From Eledone cirrhosa (taxonomy: Eukaryota): a stretch of DNA of 64,000 nt. The first letter of the stretch is position 1. The number at the start of each line of letters is the position of its first letter. The notes below the pieces were generated by a model, which saw only the letters and a program-made list of their open reading frames with translations, was not told where the DNA came from and made no database searches. The translations under genes and the position numbers were made by a program. This document shows, piece after piece, positions 15,969 to 29,677 of this stretch. The stretch covers positions 113,150,001-113,214,000 of the forward strand of contig OZ024745.1 of NCBI GenBank assembly GCA_964016885.1. Direction: 5' to 3'.

Positions 15969-16120
15969 TATATGTTAGTGTGTGCGTGAGCGTGTGCATG
16001 CGTGTGCACATAGGTACACACACACACATATATGCATATACATATACATATGTATATATAGCCTATTCTACATGTTTATTATTTGTATGTGCGTACATAC
16101 ATGCACACAGAAATGTACGT

Positions 16121-16223
<103 letters not shown>

Positions 16224-16526
16224 TATATATATTATTAAAAAAACATGTAGGATAGGGTATATATACATATGTATATGTATATGCATATATGTGTGTGTGT
16301 GTACCTATGTGTATAATTCTCTCTCTCTCTCTCTCCAATCCCCTCTCCCCCCCCTCTCTCTCTCTAAATATATATATATATATATTTATTAAAATAACAG
16401 ATTAAAGTTTTAGCAAAAAATCACTGCTTTCACCCTTAACGGGATCTCCTGAAACTCTATTTATCCTTATCGAGCCCTCTTTGGATTTTAGTCTTCAAAT
16501 TTATTATTAGTACTATATATATATAT

Positions 16527-17031
<505 letters not shown>

Positions 17032-17455
17032 AGACACGCATTATGCATGTCCATGTAAATAGAAATGTACGAATGGTTAAATCTATAGGTTAGAAGATAA
17101 CCAAATATCGATTTGATTCATATCACTGCCATGGCGCCGAGTCTCTGGCTGACTGTAAGATGCTCCAATCATGCGAGTAGTAAATAAATAGTAGACACAA
17201 TGCTTGAACAATCAACAATGTAAGTGGTATGGTACACATTTTCGCATTTCACTACTCAATAATATGTCCAGCTTTTTCTCTCTATTTCCAAGGATATTTG
17301 CCCGGAAAACCCCCATAAATGTTTCTACTTTTGGCACAAGGCCAGCAATAACCCAGTGCATTACTGGTACTTTATTTTATCGACCTCATGAGACATAAGT
17401 TTCAACGTGGTCCTCATAATATAGAAGATTATGGCACACACACACACACACGCAC

Positions 17456-17551
<96 letters not shown>

Positions 17552-17695
17552 CACACACATCTATATATAATTTACCTCAAATAGAAATACCTGCTTTGGG
17601 ACCAGTGTTGAATTCACTTGAATTCATGATGAAAACCAGATAATGGTCAATTCAGTAATACATACACGGGGTCAAGGACAAAATGACGAAGACGA

Positions 17696-17920
17696 AGCAG
17701 CAACAGCAGCAGCAGCAGCAGCAGTAGCAGTATTAGTAGTAGTAGCAGCAGCAGTAGTAGTAGTAGTAGTAGTAGTAGCACTAGTAGTAGTAATAGTAGT
17801 AGTAGTAGTAGCAGTAGTAGTAGTAGTAGTAGTAGTAGTAGCAGCAGTAGTAGTAGTAGTAGTAGTAGTAGTAGCAGCAGCAGCAGTAGTAGTAGCAGTA
17901 GTAGTAGTAATCGCAGTAGC

Positions 17921-17952
<32 letters not shown>

Positions 17953-18007
17953 CAGTAGTAGCAGTAGTAGTAGTAGTAGTAGTAGCAGCAGCAGCAGCAG
18001 CAGCAAC

Positions 18008-18044
<37 letters not shown>

Positions 18045-18064
18045 ATAGTAGTAGTAGTAGTAGT
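17696..18064. repeat. (GTA/GCA)n trinucleotide microsatellite
   Basis: Direct reading. Confidence 0.97.
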
Positions 18065-18200
18065 GGGATGAGAATGAGGTGGAGGAGTTAGAGAAAGAGG
18101 AAAGGGATTTATAGGGAGGACGGCAGGAGGGGAAGAATGGTTAGCAGGTCATTTGAATAACGTGCGTATGCTTATCAATATTTGTGGTGATAGATATAGC

Positions 18201-18382
18201 TGTTTCTACTTTTGGCACCAGGCCAGTAATTCACCAGTACATTACTGGTACTTTATTTTATCGACCCCGTAAGGATGAAAGGCAAAGTTAACCTCGACGG
18301 GATTTGAACTCAGACCGTAAAGGGACGTAACTATGCTGGAAAGCATGGCGTCCGACCCTCTACCGATACTGCCAATCCACCG
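18201..18382 (-). mobile_element. Main tRNA-derived SINE
   Basis: Reverse complement of 49548-49733. Confidence 0.9.
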
Positions 18383-18731
18383 GTGATAGAAATAGTATTG
18401 GTAGACGGGATGAGGGAGAGAACGCAGGCAGAGGTTCATTTGAATTGAATGGTTATTGTGATTAGTACGATGGAAGTGATAATAGATGGAAGTTTGTGGG
18501 TCGGGGCCTAGAAAGTAATAAATATAGGAAGTCAATGTTGATAATGAATTAAATTAGACTGGGTAGGAGAAAATAGGTGAGTTTAGTTCAATACCATGTC
18601 TTGGGGGAGATTAAGGGAAATTATAAAGATTGAGGGAAGTGTAGTGGGAAGATGGGCGGGAACGAACTTAGAAAAACAGGTGAATGATCATTTCAAAATT
18701 AGTACGATGGATAGGTAGGTATATAGAGAGG

Positions 18732-18781
<50 letters not shown>

Positions 18782-19495
18782 CCAGTTCGAGACAAGCTCT
18801 ACAGACATGGGCGCCCGGGCAGGGACCCTGCAAAAAAGATCTGTCCGAGGTGCGTGCGAGACGAAGAAACCGTCGCGCACGCATTCATACACTGCCCGGG
18901 CGTCACTGACCTGTGGGGCTATGTGGAACGACTATTGTCGCGGGTGGGACCAATCCAGTTGACCACCGAGTCCATTGTCATGATCAAACCGCCACCCTCC
19001 TTCAAAAACGAAGGAGAGGCGGTTTTCCTTTGTGTGATAGCTATGGCGAAAGAGGTTGTATGGTGGACAAGGTTAAAAGGGCTGAGGTCAGACACCTTTC
19101 TCTCCGGCCAACAACTGATTCTTTTTTTCAAATACCACTTTGGAAGAAGAATCAGGATGGAGAGAGAGGTGCTGTACCCCAGCAAGTTTTATGAAAGGTG
19201 GGTGAAAGTGGCGAGAATGGCCCGAGTGAATGGGCCTTCTCTCTATATCAGCCTGTAGGTTGAGGAAAAGGAGGAGGAGAGGAAAGGAGTACAAGCTCTT
19301 CGTACTCCTGGAGATGAGGGTTGCACATTTTTTTCGGGGGTCTGTGTTACCCATATAAACTGTCTCCCTCTATTGGGGAAAATCGACTAACTTTTAAATT
19401 CCATCTGTGATAACATTTTACACGTTTTTATTGTATGTAAACTTCCCCCTTTGTATTTGTCCCCTTCTTTTGTGCCCCTGTGGCTAATAAAGAAA
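18782..19495 (+). mobile_element. 5'-truncated Tx1/L1-like non-LTR retrotransposon, copy 1
   Basis: C-terminal CxxC..EETxxHxxxxC zinc knuckle, stop at 19258, 3' UTR ending AATAAAGAAA-(TATC)n. Confidence 0.85.
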
Positions 19496-19497
19496 TA

Positions 19498-19532
<35 letters not shown>

Positions 19533-19539
19533 GTATCTA

Positions 19540-20580
19540 GCGTCCGTCACTTACTACCGCCTGACTGTCGTGCCTTGCCCTAAGGAAACACTCACCACCA
19601 TGGAACGCATGCTCTTCCAATTTCTTTGGAAGAAGCGCCCTCCTATGGTGAGAAGATCCATCTGCTGCCAACAACCTTCGAACGGAGGGCTGGGAATGCC
19701 GTGGTTGATGATGCGTAGGCACGCATTAAGGCTACGGCACCTACAGGTATTCCTCACTGGTCAACCGGTGTGGGCTCCGTTCGTGAAACAAGCTTTTCCG
19801 AGACTCGTCTCGCTCACCGAGCTACAGTCCTGGGTCAAGCAAAGATCCGGAAAACTGGGAGACTGGCACACTGTGTGTGCTCAGGCGCTCAGGGCTCTCT
19901 GGCAAGCGGGCCAGGCCATCGGTGGAGAATCCACCTCATCATTCTATAGAGGGCTGGTGGCTAGCAGGGGCGATGACACCCTTGGAGAGTCGCTGGACAT
20001 GGAGGAAGACGAACTGGCCAGCCTGTTCGGTAGGACTTTCAGCCCAGGACCAATGGACAACTTCCAGAAGTCACTGGCCTGGCAGTGCTACCGAGGGGCT
20101 CTACCCGTTCGAGAGAGGCTCTACAGACACGGGCGCCCAGGCAGGGATCCCTCAAAAAAGATTTGCCCTAGATGCGTGCGTCACGAAGAAACCGTTGCGC
20201 ACGCATTGGTGCAATGTCCGGGCGTGGCTGATCTGTGGGGCTACGCCGAACGACTGCTGTCGCGGGTGGCGCCGATTAAATTGACCGCCGAGTCCGTGAT
20301 GACAATCAAACCGCCTCCCCTCTTCACAAAGGAAGCAAAGGCGGTTTTTCTGTGCGTAATAGCCATGTTGAAAGAGGTTGTTTGGTGGACACGATTGAAA
20401 GGTCTGAGGTCAGGCAACTTCCTCTCTGGCCATAGTCTGGTCTACTTCTTCCGATATCACTTCGGAAGAAGGATAAGAATGGAGAGAGAGGTGCTTGGCC
20501 ACAGGCAGTTTTATGAAAGGTGGGTGATAGTAGCGAGAATGGCTCGTGTAAATGGGCCTTCTCTGTATACCATCCTGTAG
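19540..20580 (+). CDS. 5'-truncated Tx1/L1-like ORF2 C-terminus, copy 2 (element extends to 20797)
   Basis: Open frame with FQFLW...GGLGMP and CPRCVRHEETVAHALVQC, typical of the L1/Tx1 post-RT region. The ORF-track start at 19480 is read-through of microsatellite. Confidence 0.85.
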   Translation, partial: ASVTYYRLTVVPCPKETLTTMERMLFQFLWKKRPPMVRRSICCQQPSNGGLGMPWLMMRRHALRLRHLQVFLTGQPVWAPFVKQAFPRLVSLTELQSWVKQRSGKLGDWHTVCAQALRALWQAGQAIGGESTSSFYRGLVASRGDDTLGESLDMEEDELASLFGRTFSPGPMDNFQKSLAWQCYRGALPVRERLYRHGRPGRDPSKKICPRCVRHEETVAHALVQCPGVADLWGYAERLLSRVAPIKLTAESVMTIKPPPLFTKEAKAVFLCVIAMLKEVVWWTRLKGLRSGNFLSGHSLVYFFRYHFGRRIRMEREVLGHRQFYERWVIVARMARVNGPSLYTIL

Positions 20581-20796
20581 GTAAAGAAGTAAAGGAGAGG
20601 GGAGCACCTTCCCCATGTGCTCCCCGGGCAAAGGATTGCACACTTTTTCGGGGATGTGTGCAACCCCCATCACGTCCCCTCCCTTTTGAGGTTATTTTCG
20701 ATTATTTTCATGTTACACCCTTTTTACTCGATTATATGTAAACTCCCCCCCTTTGTATTTGTCCCTTCTTTTTATGCCTTTATGGTAAATAAAGAA

Positions 20797-20865
<69 letters not shown>

Positions 20866-21198
20866 GGTGCTACACCCAAGTAAATTCGCTGAAAGGTTGG
20901 TGAATGTGGCAAAAATGGCCCGGGTAAATGGGCCTTCTCTGTATATAAACCTGTAGGTTGAAGAAGATAAACAGAGGGAAGGCGGTAATACCTACAAAAC
21001 GTGTTCCTGGTGTTGAGGGTTGTTCTATCCAGGGGGTGTAAAACAACCCCGCAGTAGCGTTAACCCCTCCTCCACTAATGGGGATTTCAATTGTTTATTT
21101 TTATATAGTTTATTGTTATTTATCCTTGTTAAAGATTTTATGTAAAAACCCCGCCGTCACGTCTTGTAATGTCCCACTTTTGTGGCAAATAAAGAAAC
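20866..21198 (+). mobile_element. 5'-truncated Tx1/L1-like copy 3
   Basis: GAAAGGTTGGTGAATGTGGCAAAAATGGCCCGGGTAAATGGGCCTTCTCTG is shared with copies 1-2. Ends AATAAAGAAAC plus (TATC). Confidence 0.8.
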
Positions 21199-21328
21199 AT
21201 ATCTATCTATCTATTTATCTATATATAAATCTGTCTGTCTATCTATCCGTGAATGTGTATGGCTATCATTCTCTTGGTCTCTCTATCTATTTGTCTTTTT
21301 GTCTGTCAGTCTATCTGTCTGTTTTTTA

Positions 21329-21417
<89 letters not shown>

Positions 21418-22389
21418 GTTTACTTATCCATCCATCCGCCCGCCCGTCCCTCTGTCTGTCTGTTTGTCTATCTGTCTGTCTGTCTATCTATCAAACAAGT
21501 AAATATACTGGCGTTTACAGAAGTTCCCAGCTGAGTTTTACACTGATAAATGCCCGTAAGCATAAACGTGTATGTTTATATGTTAGTAGGCATGTTGATA
21601 TATATATATATATATTGATATGTTGGTGATTCGTGAGTATGTAGTAGACTGATTAGTTTTCAATACATTTTCTTCTTTCCTAGTTGCTTTCCAAATGAAA
21701 ACCTCTTTTATATCAGTTATCACTTCTATATAACTTCTCTTTTTTTTAATGTTGCTTCTCAATTTCCCTCATATATTCCCACCAATCTGTTTACATATTC
21801 AGCCAATAACTATAGGCTGCTTTTATACAGGCTGTGTTACTTCATGAAACCTTTAGTTGTAAACGCAATATAGTTTGTAGGAACCATAGTAAATAATCAT
21901 TAACTCTGTTTCTATATATATGTTAAATCTTACTAGTTTTAGTTTCAGTGTCACAATAATTGTTTCTACTTTTGGCACAAGGCCAGCAATTACCCAGTGT
22001 ATTACTGGTACTTTATCAGTGTCACAATAATAAAGACGCAATGAATCATCATGACTACTAAAACTCTAGACTCACGATGACATCCTTTTTCATCCCATGG
22101 CATCTTTAATTTCGGAGGAAAGAGAGGTTTTATTACTCCTGATTATATATCAGAAAAATTCTGGAAAAAATTACTTTAAAAAATAACTTTTTCTCTGTAA
22201 CTATAGTTTGTTGAATGAAATTTAATAATACGTGACTAGCTCCTTGTATTTAATGAGGTCACCTATGACCTAGAAGTCTTACTTGTCATACCGCTATATA
22301 TTAAAGTCAAATTAAGATTGACGGTTAAAAAAACAAAAGCAAACAAATACAGTAGAATAGTTCCTTAATTACATTGACTGGAATATATT

Positions 22390-22865
22390 TTTCAGTGTGG
22401 TCTACTTCTGGTGGTAGGGTCCGTATCGTAGATAGAACTCAATGTAATCCGATGGCGAGTAATCCAGTGAAATCCATAGAGAAGTTCTGTGTTCCGTTGA
22501 GTTAATTCCTTAGATACAGAGTCAGATATTAGGTATTAAATTAACAATGAAAATAAAAACAACAAAGTCAAGTTACTTTACCTAATCATATCATTATTTT
22601 ACGATCGTTTCGGAGGGTCGATCATATTGACATGTTGTCTGATCTCTATATATATATCTGTATACTATCAGACCTCATACATAGGTTCGATCAGACCGTC
22701 TTCTTCGGAAACAATGAAGGCCTGATAGTATACAGTCTATAACTGCTATAGATCAGACAACATGTCAATATAATCGACCCTCCGATACGATCGTAAAACA
22801 ATAATATGAATAGGTAAAGTAACTTGACTTTGTTGTTTTTTATTTTCATTATTAATTTAATACCT
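22390..22865. mobile_element. PLE-like fold-back 3' end with apparent TSD
   Basis: Inverted arms ~22531-22676 and 22716-22865. HHR 3' half GAA-ACGATCGT-A. Direct repeat ATTGACTGGAATATAT at 22373 and 23103. Confidence 0.65.
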
Positions 22866-23083
22866 GAGGGCAGTGGATTGGCAGTATCGGTAGAGGGCCG
22901 GACACGATGCTTTGCAGTATAGAGTTACGGACCTTTACGTTCTGAGTTCAAATCCCGCCCAGGTTAACTTTGCCTTTCATCCTTACGGGGTCGATAAAAT
23001 AAAGTACCAGTCACGCACTGGGGTCGATTTAATAGACTTGCCCCTCCCCCAAAATTGCTGGCCTTGTGCCTATATAAGAAACC
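22866..23083 (+). mobile_element. Main SINE with 19-bp TSD
   Basis: CATTATTAATTTAATACCT at 22847-22865 and 23083-23101. Confidence 0.9.
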
Positions 23084-25521
23084 ATTATTAATTTAATACC
23101 TAATTGACTGGAATATATGTGTAAAAAATAATAATTATACTTTAAGCAATTAATATCTCAGTACTGTAATAGTTCTGTTGCATGAACATTAAAGTAAATT
23201 TTAAAATATTTAATTGATTTCATAAAAAAAAGTTATTAATTAAGGAATATGTAAAAAAGTGAATTTGAAAATGTAGTAACAGTAGAAAAATAGTTATAGA
23301 AAATAAGTAACATTTTATTTAAGAAAATACGAGTGCAGTAAGAAGGTTGCCGAATATTCTGCATTCGTACCCTCCAGATCAGACCTATATAAATCCACAG
23401 CCTTCTCAGAATCTCTGTGCACAGTTACGAAATGAAAATGTATTGGCGTGTTTATATTTACGGAGAGCCTTAGTTTTGAAATATGAATATATCCAATGAA
23501 TTCTTCAGAATCTCTTATTGTTGTGCAGAGGATACACACAGAAACACATACACACACATATACACATACACACACACACATACACACACATATACACATA
23601 CATACACACACACATACACACACACATTCGGACAGACAGACAGACAGACAAACACCCCCCCCCACACACACACATACACACATGCATATTTTGTATTGAA
23701 ATAAATAAAGTCTTGTATGAACAATTCTTGGTTTTCTTGCTTGTAACTCAACAGGTTTCTCCTTTTGAAGACGGAAGCGCTTCTTACCTTGCGCTGTTTC
23801 AGTGTTTTGGTAGGTTACTCTCAACACTCATGCATCTGTTGTGTATCACATATTTGCCTGATACTACATTAAGGACCTTTTCACTGTCTTCTACATAACA
23901 TGATGCTATGCACTCCCTTTGACTTTCCTTAATATTAAGCCCATTTTTGTTACCCGGTAACAGGTTAGACTTTAAAAATTCTAAATGACATCCACAAATA
24001 ATGAGATTTCTAGAAATATTCTCAGCTCAGAAGAGTTGTTGATTCTCTGTAATACATGATTACCCCTTACATTACAAAACATCTCCTATATCTAAGAAGG
24101 TCCCTGAAACACATAAATTGTTTTAAATTTAATTTGAAAATAGGCTCCCCATTTACTAGAACTAAATCCCGACGCAGTCAACTTTACCCTCGAGGTCGAT
24201 AAAGAAAGTACTAGTCTAGTACTGGAGTCGATTCCTCCTCTATATCGCTTTCTCGCTTCCATTCTATCATTCTTTCGATCCTTCACTGGAAGAAATCTGC
24301 TGTATACAGATTTGGAAAGGATTGGGCGCCAGCAAGTCTAAAAATGCCCTAGAAACGGCGCCACCATTATCCCCTCAGGAGTTACGAAACTATGCATGCA
24401 TTCATGCATTTACTGGAACAACATCCCCGTATATGTCCACTATGTTTCTTTTATATATACTGAAACAGTTCCATCTTGTTTGATCTAGCAGTTTATGTGT
24501 CATCTATGTTGAAGCTCATCGCTATTTTCCCATTCTTTTAATTCTTACTTTATCTTAATTTCTAAAGCGGGTTCTGAACATTCATACCATCCACCCTTCC
24601 CCTCCTGTAATCCTTTTCATTTTTACATGTTTCTACTTATATAAACGCGCAGATATTCCAAATCTCATAGACTTCACATCAACAGGCTGCCAAGGTTTGG
24701 CACAGCGCCTTCTTATCGGCTTAAATGATGGCAAAGGAATGATTTATTTTTATTGAAACGATGTAACGCTTATAGACCATTGGATCAATGGCAAAAGCTT
24801 GGTCAAGGCGTACTCAATAAAAATAAAAATATATACACTGGTGGTTGGTTAAAACGTAATTTTGTACGTGCTTCAAGCACACACACACACGCTATATATA
24901 TATGAGAGTATTGAAGTTTGCTTGAAGCATTGTGGAATAATAGGTAAATATCTTTAAGTCGTTTGGAAGCCTCGACAATGCAAATGGGTAAATCTCCGGG
25001 TAACAAGATCCGGTGGTGGAGAGAGAGATGTAAGTGGGTGTACGTTGAGATGCGTGGTGTGTATAAGATGTGTAGAGGAATGAAGTAAAGAGTTTAAAGG
25101 ATAAAATTAAAATAACAACACGAGAGAGAGTTACCTTGGGAGAGATTTAATTGTCCCTATATATTTCGGATTCACATCCATCAACAGGGGCTTTTTTCCG
25201 GGGTGGGGGAAAGGTTGTCTGTATATATATAATTGTTTCTACTTTAGGCACAAGGCCAGCAAATACCCAGTGTATTACTGGTACTTTATTTTATATATAT
25301 ATACATGTATATATAATATATAACGAAGGAAGTGTGGTAAGGAACCAGGTGGACCATAACGTACCAGAGTACTCGATACGTAGGCTAGTAGAGTGGGTAA
25401 CAGGAAAAGAATCAGGACCCCGACGGCTGAGCTCCGGCCGTTTCGACATCTAGATCTAGCTGTCGAAACGGCCGGAGGTCAGCCGTCGGGGTCCTGACTA
25501 TTTTCCTATATATATATATAT

Positions 25522-28500
25522 ATAAAAACAAATAACGAAACGAAATTAAATTTCGTTTGTAACTCACTTTTGTATGACTGACGCTTAAACAATTAAGTTA
25601 AAAATGTACATCCACATATGTATACTGAAATACTAGTATGCATATGAATACACACACGTGTACATATGTAGATGTACCGAGTTTTCACTGGTCACTTTAC
25701 TGTGAGTGTCCAGCTATTCTGTATGTAAACACACAGACAAACCGGTTCTTAGAGTCATACTGGTTTTTGAGGAAACACCTTTCCTCTATTCTCCAGAAAG
25801 CCAGACAAGGAATATTGGACTAGTTTCGATGTTGTTACATCTCATCAGCAATATTTACCTATCTTCCGGCATCTCTAGAGAATCGTGAAAGCACATATCG
25901 TTATATGCTTTTTATATGAAAATTAGTAGTGGGCAGACCAATTTGCATAGAGCGTGAGTACGTACCGGTTCAACGGAGACGATAAAAACAAATAACGAAA
26001 CGAAATTAAATTTCGTTTGTAACTCACTTTTGTATGACTGACGCTTAAACAATTAAGTTAAAAATGTACATCCACATATGTATACTGAAATACTAGTATG
26101 CATATGAATACACACACGTGTACATATGTAGATGTACCGAGTTTTCACTGGTCACTTTACTGTGAGTGTCCAGCTATTCTGTATGTAAACACACAGACAA
26201 ACCGGTTCTTAGAGTCATACTGGTTTTTGAGGAAACACCTTTCCTCTATTCTCCAGAAAGCCAGACAAGGAATATTGGACTAGTTTCGATGTTGTTACAT
26301 CTCATCAGCAATATTTACCTATCTTCCGGCATCTCTAGAGAATCGTGAAAGCACATATCGTTATATGCTTTTTATATGAAAATTAGTAGTGGGCAGACCA
26401 ATTTGCATAGAGCGTGAGTACGTACCGGTTCAACGGAGACGATAAAAACAAATAACGAAACGAAATTAAATTTCGTTTGTAACTCACTTTTGTATGACTG
26501 ACGCTTAAACAATTAAGTTAAAAATGTACATCCACATATGTATACTGAAATACTAGTATGCATATGAATACACACACGTGTACATATGTAGATGTACCGA
26601 GTTTTCACTGGTCACTTTACTGTGAGTGTCCAGCTATTCTGTATGTAAACACACAGACAAACCGGTTCTTAGAGTCATACTGGTTTTTGAGGAAACACCT
26701 TTCCTCTATTCTCCAGAAAGCCAGACAAGGAATATTGGACTAGTTTCGATGTTGTTACATCTCATCAGCAATATTTACCTATCTTCCGGCATCTCTAGAG
26801 AATCGTGAAAGCACATATCGTTATATGCTTTTTATATGAAAATTAGTAGTGGGCAGACCAATTTGCATAGAGCGTGAGTACGTACCGGTTCAACGGAGAC
26901 GATAAAAACAAATAACGAAACGAAATTAAATTTCGTTTGTAACTCACTTTTGTATGACTGACGCTTAAACAATTAAGTTAAAAATGTACATCCACATATG
27001 TATACTGAAATACTAGTATGCATATGAATACACACACGTGTACATATGTAGATGTACCGAGTTTTCACTGGTCACTTTACTGTGAGTGTCCAGCTATTCT
27101 GTATGTAAACACACAGACAAACCGGTTCTTAGAGTCATACTGGTTTTTGAGGAAACACCTTTCCTCTATTCTCCAGAAAGCCAGACAAGGAATATTGGAC
27201 TAGTTTCGATGTTGTTACATCTCATCAGCAATATTTACCTATCTTCCGGCATCTCTAGAGAATCGTGAAAGCACATATCGTTATATGCTTTTTATATGAA
27301 AATTAGTAGTGGGCAGACCAATTTGCATAGAGCGTGAGTACGTACCGGTTCAACGGAGACGATAAAAACAAATAACGAAACGAAATTAAATTTCGTTTGT
27401 AACTCACTTTTGTATGACTGACGCTTAAACAATTAAGTTAAAAATGTACATCCACATATGTATACTGAAATACTAGTATGCATATGAATACACACACGTG
27501 TACATATGTAGATGTACCGAGTTTTCACTGGTCACTTTACTGTGAGTGTCCAGCTATTCTGTATGTAAACACACAGACAAACCGGTTCTTAGAGTCATAC
27601 TGGTTTTTGAGGAAACACCTTTCCTCTATTCTCCAGAAAGCCAGACAAGGAATATTGGACTAGTTTCGATGTTGTTACATCTCATCAGCAATATTTACCT
27701 ATCTTCCGGCATCTCTAGAGAATCGTGAAAGCACATATCGTTATATGCTTTTTATATGAAAATTAGTAGTGGGCAGACCAATTTGCATAGAGCGTGAGTA
27801 CGTACCGGTTCAACGGAGACGATAAAAACAAATAACGAAACGAAATTAAATTTCGTTTGTAACTCACTTTTGTATGACTGACGCTTAAACAATTAAGTTA
27901 AAAATGTACATCCACATATGTATACTGAAATACTAGTATGCATATGAATACACACACGTGTACATATGTAGATGTACCGAGTTTTCACTGGTCACTTTAC
28001 TGTGAGTGTCCAGCTATTCTGTATGTAAACACACAGACAAACCGGTTCTTAGAGTCATACTGGTTTTTGAGGAAACACCTTTCCTCTATTCTCCAGAAAG
28101 CCAGACAAGGAATATTGGACTAGTTTCGATGTTGTTACATCTCATCAGCAATATTTACCTATCTTCCGGCATCTCTAGAGAATCGTGAAAGCACATATCG
28201 TTATATGCTTTTTATATGAAAATTAGTAGTGGGCAGACCAATTTGCATAGAGCGTGAGTACGTACCGGTTCAACGGAGACGATAAAAACAAATAACGAAA
28301 CGAAATTAAATTTCGTTTGTAACTCACTTTTGTATGACTGACGCTTAAACAATTAAGTTAAAAATGTACATCCACATATGTATACTGAAATACTAGTATG
28401 CATATGAATACACACACGTGTACATATGTAGATGTACCGAGTTTTCACTGGTCACTTTACTGTGAGTGTCCAGCTATTCTGTATGTAAACACACAGACAA

Positions 28501-29676
28501 ACCGGTTCTTAGAGTCATACTGGTTTTTGAGGAAACACCTTTCCTCTATTCTCCAGAAAGCCAGACAAGGAATATTGGACTAGTTTCGATGTTGTTACAT
28601 CTCATCAGCAATATTTACCTATCTTCCGGCATCTCTAGAGAATCGTGAAAGCACATATCGTTATATGCTTTTTATATGAAAATTAGTAGTGGGCAGACCA
28701 ATTTGCATAGAGCGTGAGTACGTACCGGTTCAACGGAGACGATAAAAACAAATAACGAAACGAAATTAAATTTCGTTTGTAACTCACTTTTGTATGACTG
28801 ACGCTTAAACAATTAAGTTAAAAATGTACATCCACATATGTATACTGAAATACTAGTATGCATATGAATACACACACGTGTACATATGTAGATGTACCGA
28901 GTTTTCACTGGTCACTTTACTGTGAGTGTCCAGCTATTCTGTATGTAAACACACAGACAAACCGGTTCTTAGAGTCATACTGGTTTTTGAGGAAACACCT
29001 TTCCTCTATTCTCCAGAAAGCCAGACAAGGAATATTGGACTAGTTTCGATGTTGTTACATCTCATCAGCAATATTTACCTATCTTCCGGCATCTCTAGAG
29101 AATCGTGAAAGCACATATCGTTATATGCTTTTTATATGAAAATTAGTAGTGGGCAGACCAATTTGCATAGAGCGTGAGTACGTACCGGTTCAACGGAGAC
29201 GATAAAAACAAATAACGAAACGAAATTAAATTTCGTTTGTAACTCACTTTTGTATGACTGACGCTTAAACAATTAAGTTAAAAATGTACATCCACATATG
29301 TATACTGAAATACTAGTATGCATATGAATACACACACGTGTACATATGTAGATGTACCGAGTTTTCACTGGTCACTTTACTGTGAGTGTCCAGCTATTCT
29401 GTATGTAAACACACAGACAAACCGGTTCTTAGAGTCATACTGGTTTTTGAGGAAACACCTTTCCTCTATTCTCCAGAAAGCCAGACAAGGAATATTGGAC
29501 TAGTTTCGATGTTGTTACATCTCATCAGCAATATTTACCTATCTTCCGGCATCTCTAGAGAATCGTGAAAGCACATATCGTTATATGCTTTTTATATGAA
29601 AATTAGTAGTGGGCAGACCAATTTGCATAGAGCGTGAGTACGTACCGGTTCAACGGAGACGATAAAAACAAATAAC
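25522..29676 (-). repeat. 460-bp HHR-containing tandem array (retrozyme-like family A), 9 full copies
   Basis: Exact 460-bp period, also visible in the ORF track. Copies look identical by eye. One HHR per unit on the minus strand. Confidence 0.97.
25811..25855 (-). ncRNA. Minimal type I hammerhead ribozyme, repeated every 460 bp up to 29491-29535
   Basis: AATATTG-CTGATGA-GATGT aaca ACATC-GAA-ACTAGT-C-CAATATT: perfect core, 7-bp stem I, 5-bp stem II, palindromic stem III, GUC site. Confidence 0.95.
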
Positions 29677-29677
29677 A

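Noticed and set aside
23322-23450. Possible host exon (RRLPNILHSYPPDQTYINPQ)
   Set aside because: Plausible acceptor and open frame, but no recognisable homology or partner exons. Needs RNA-seq.
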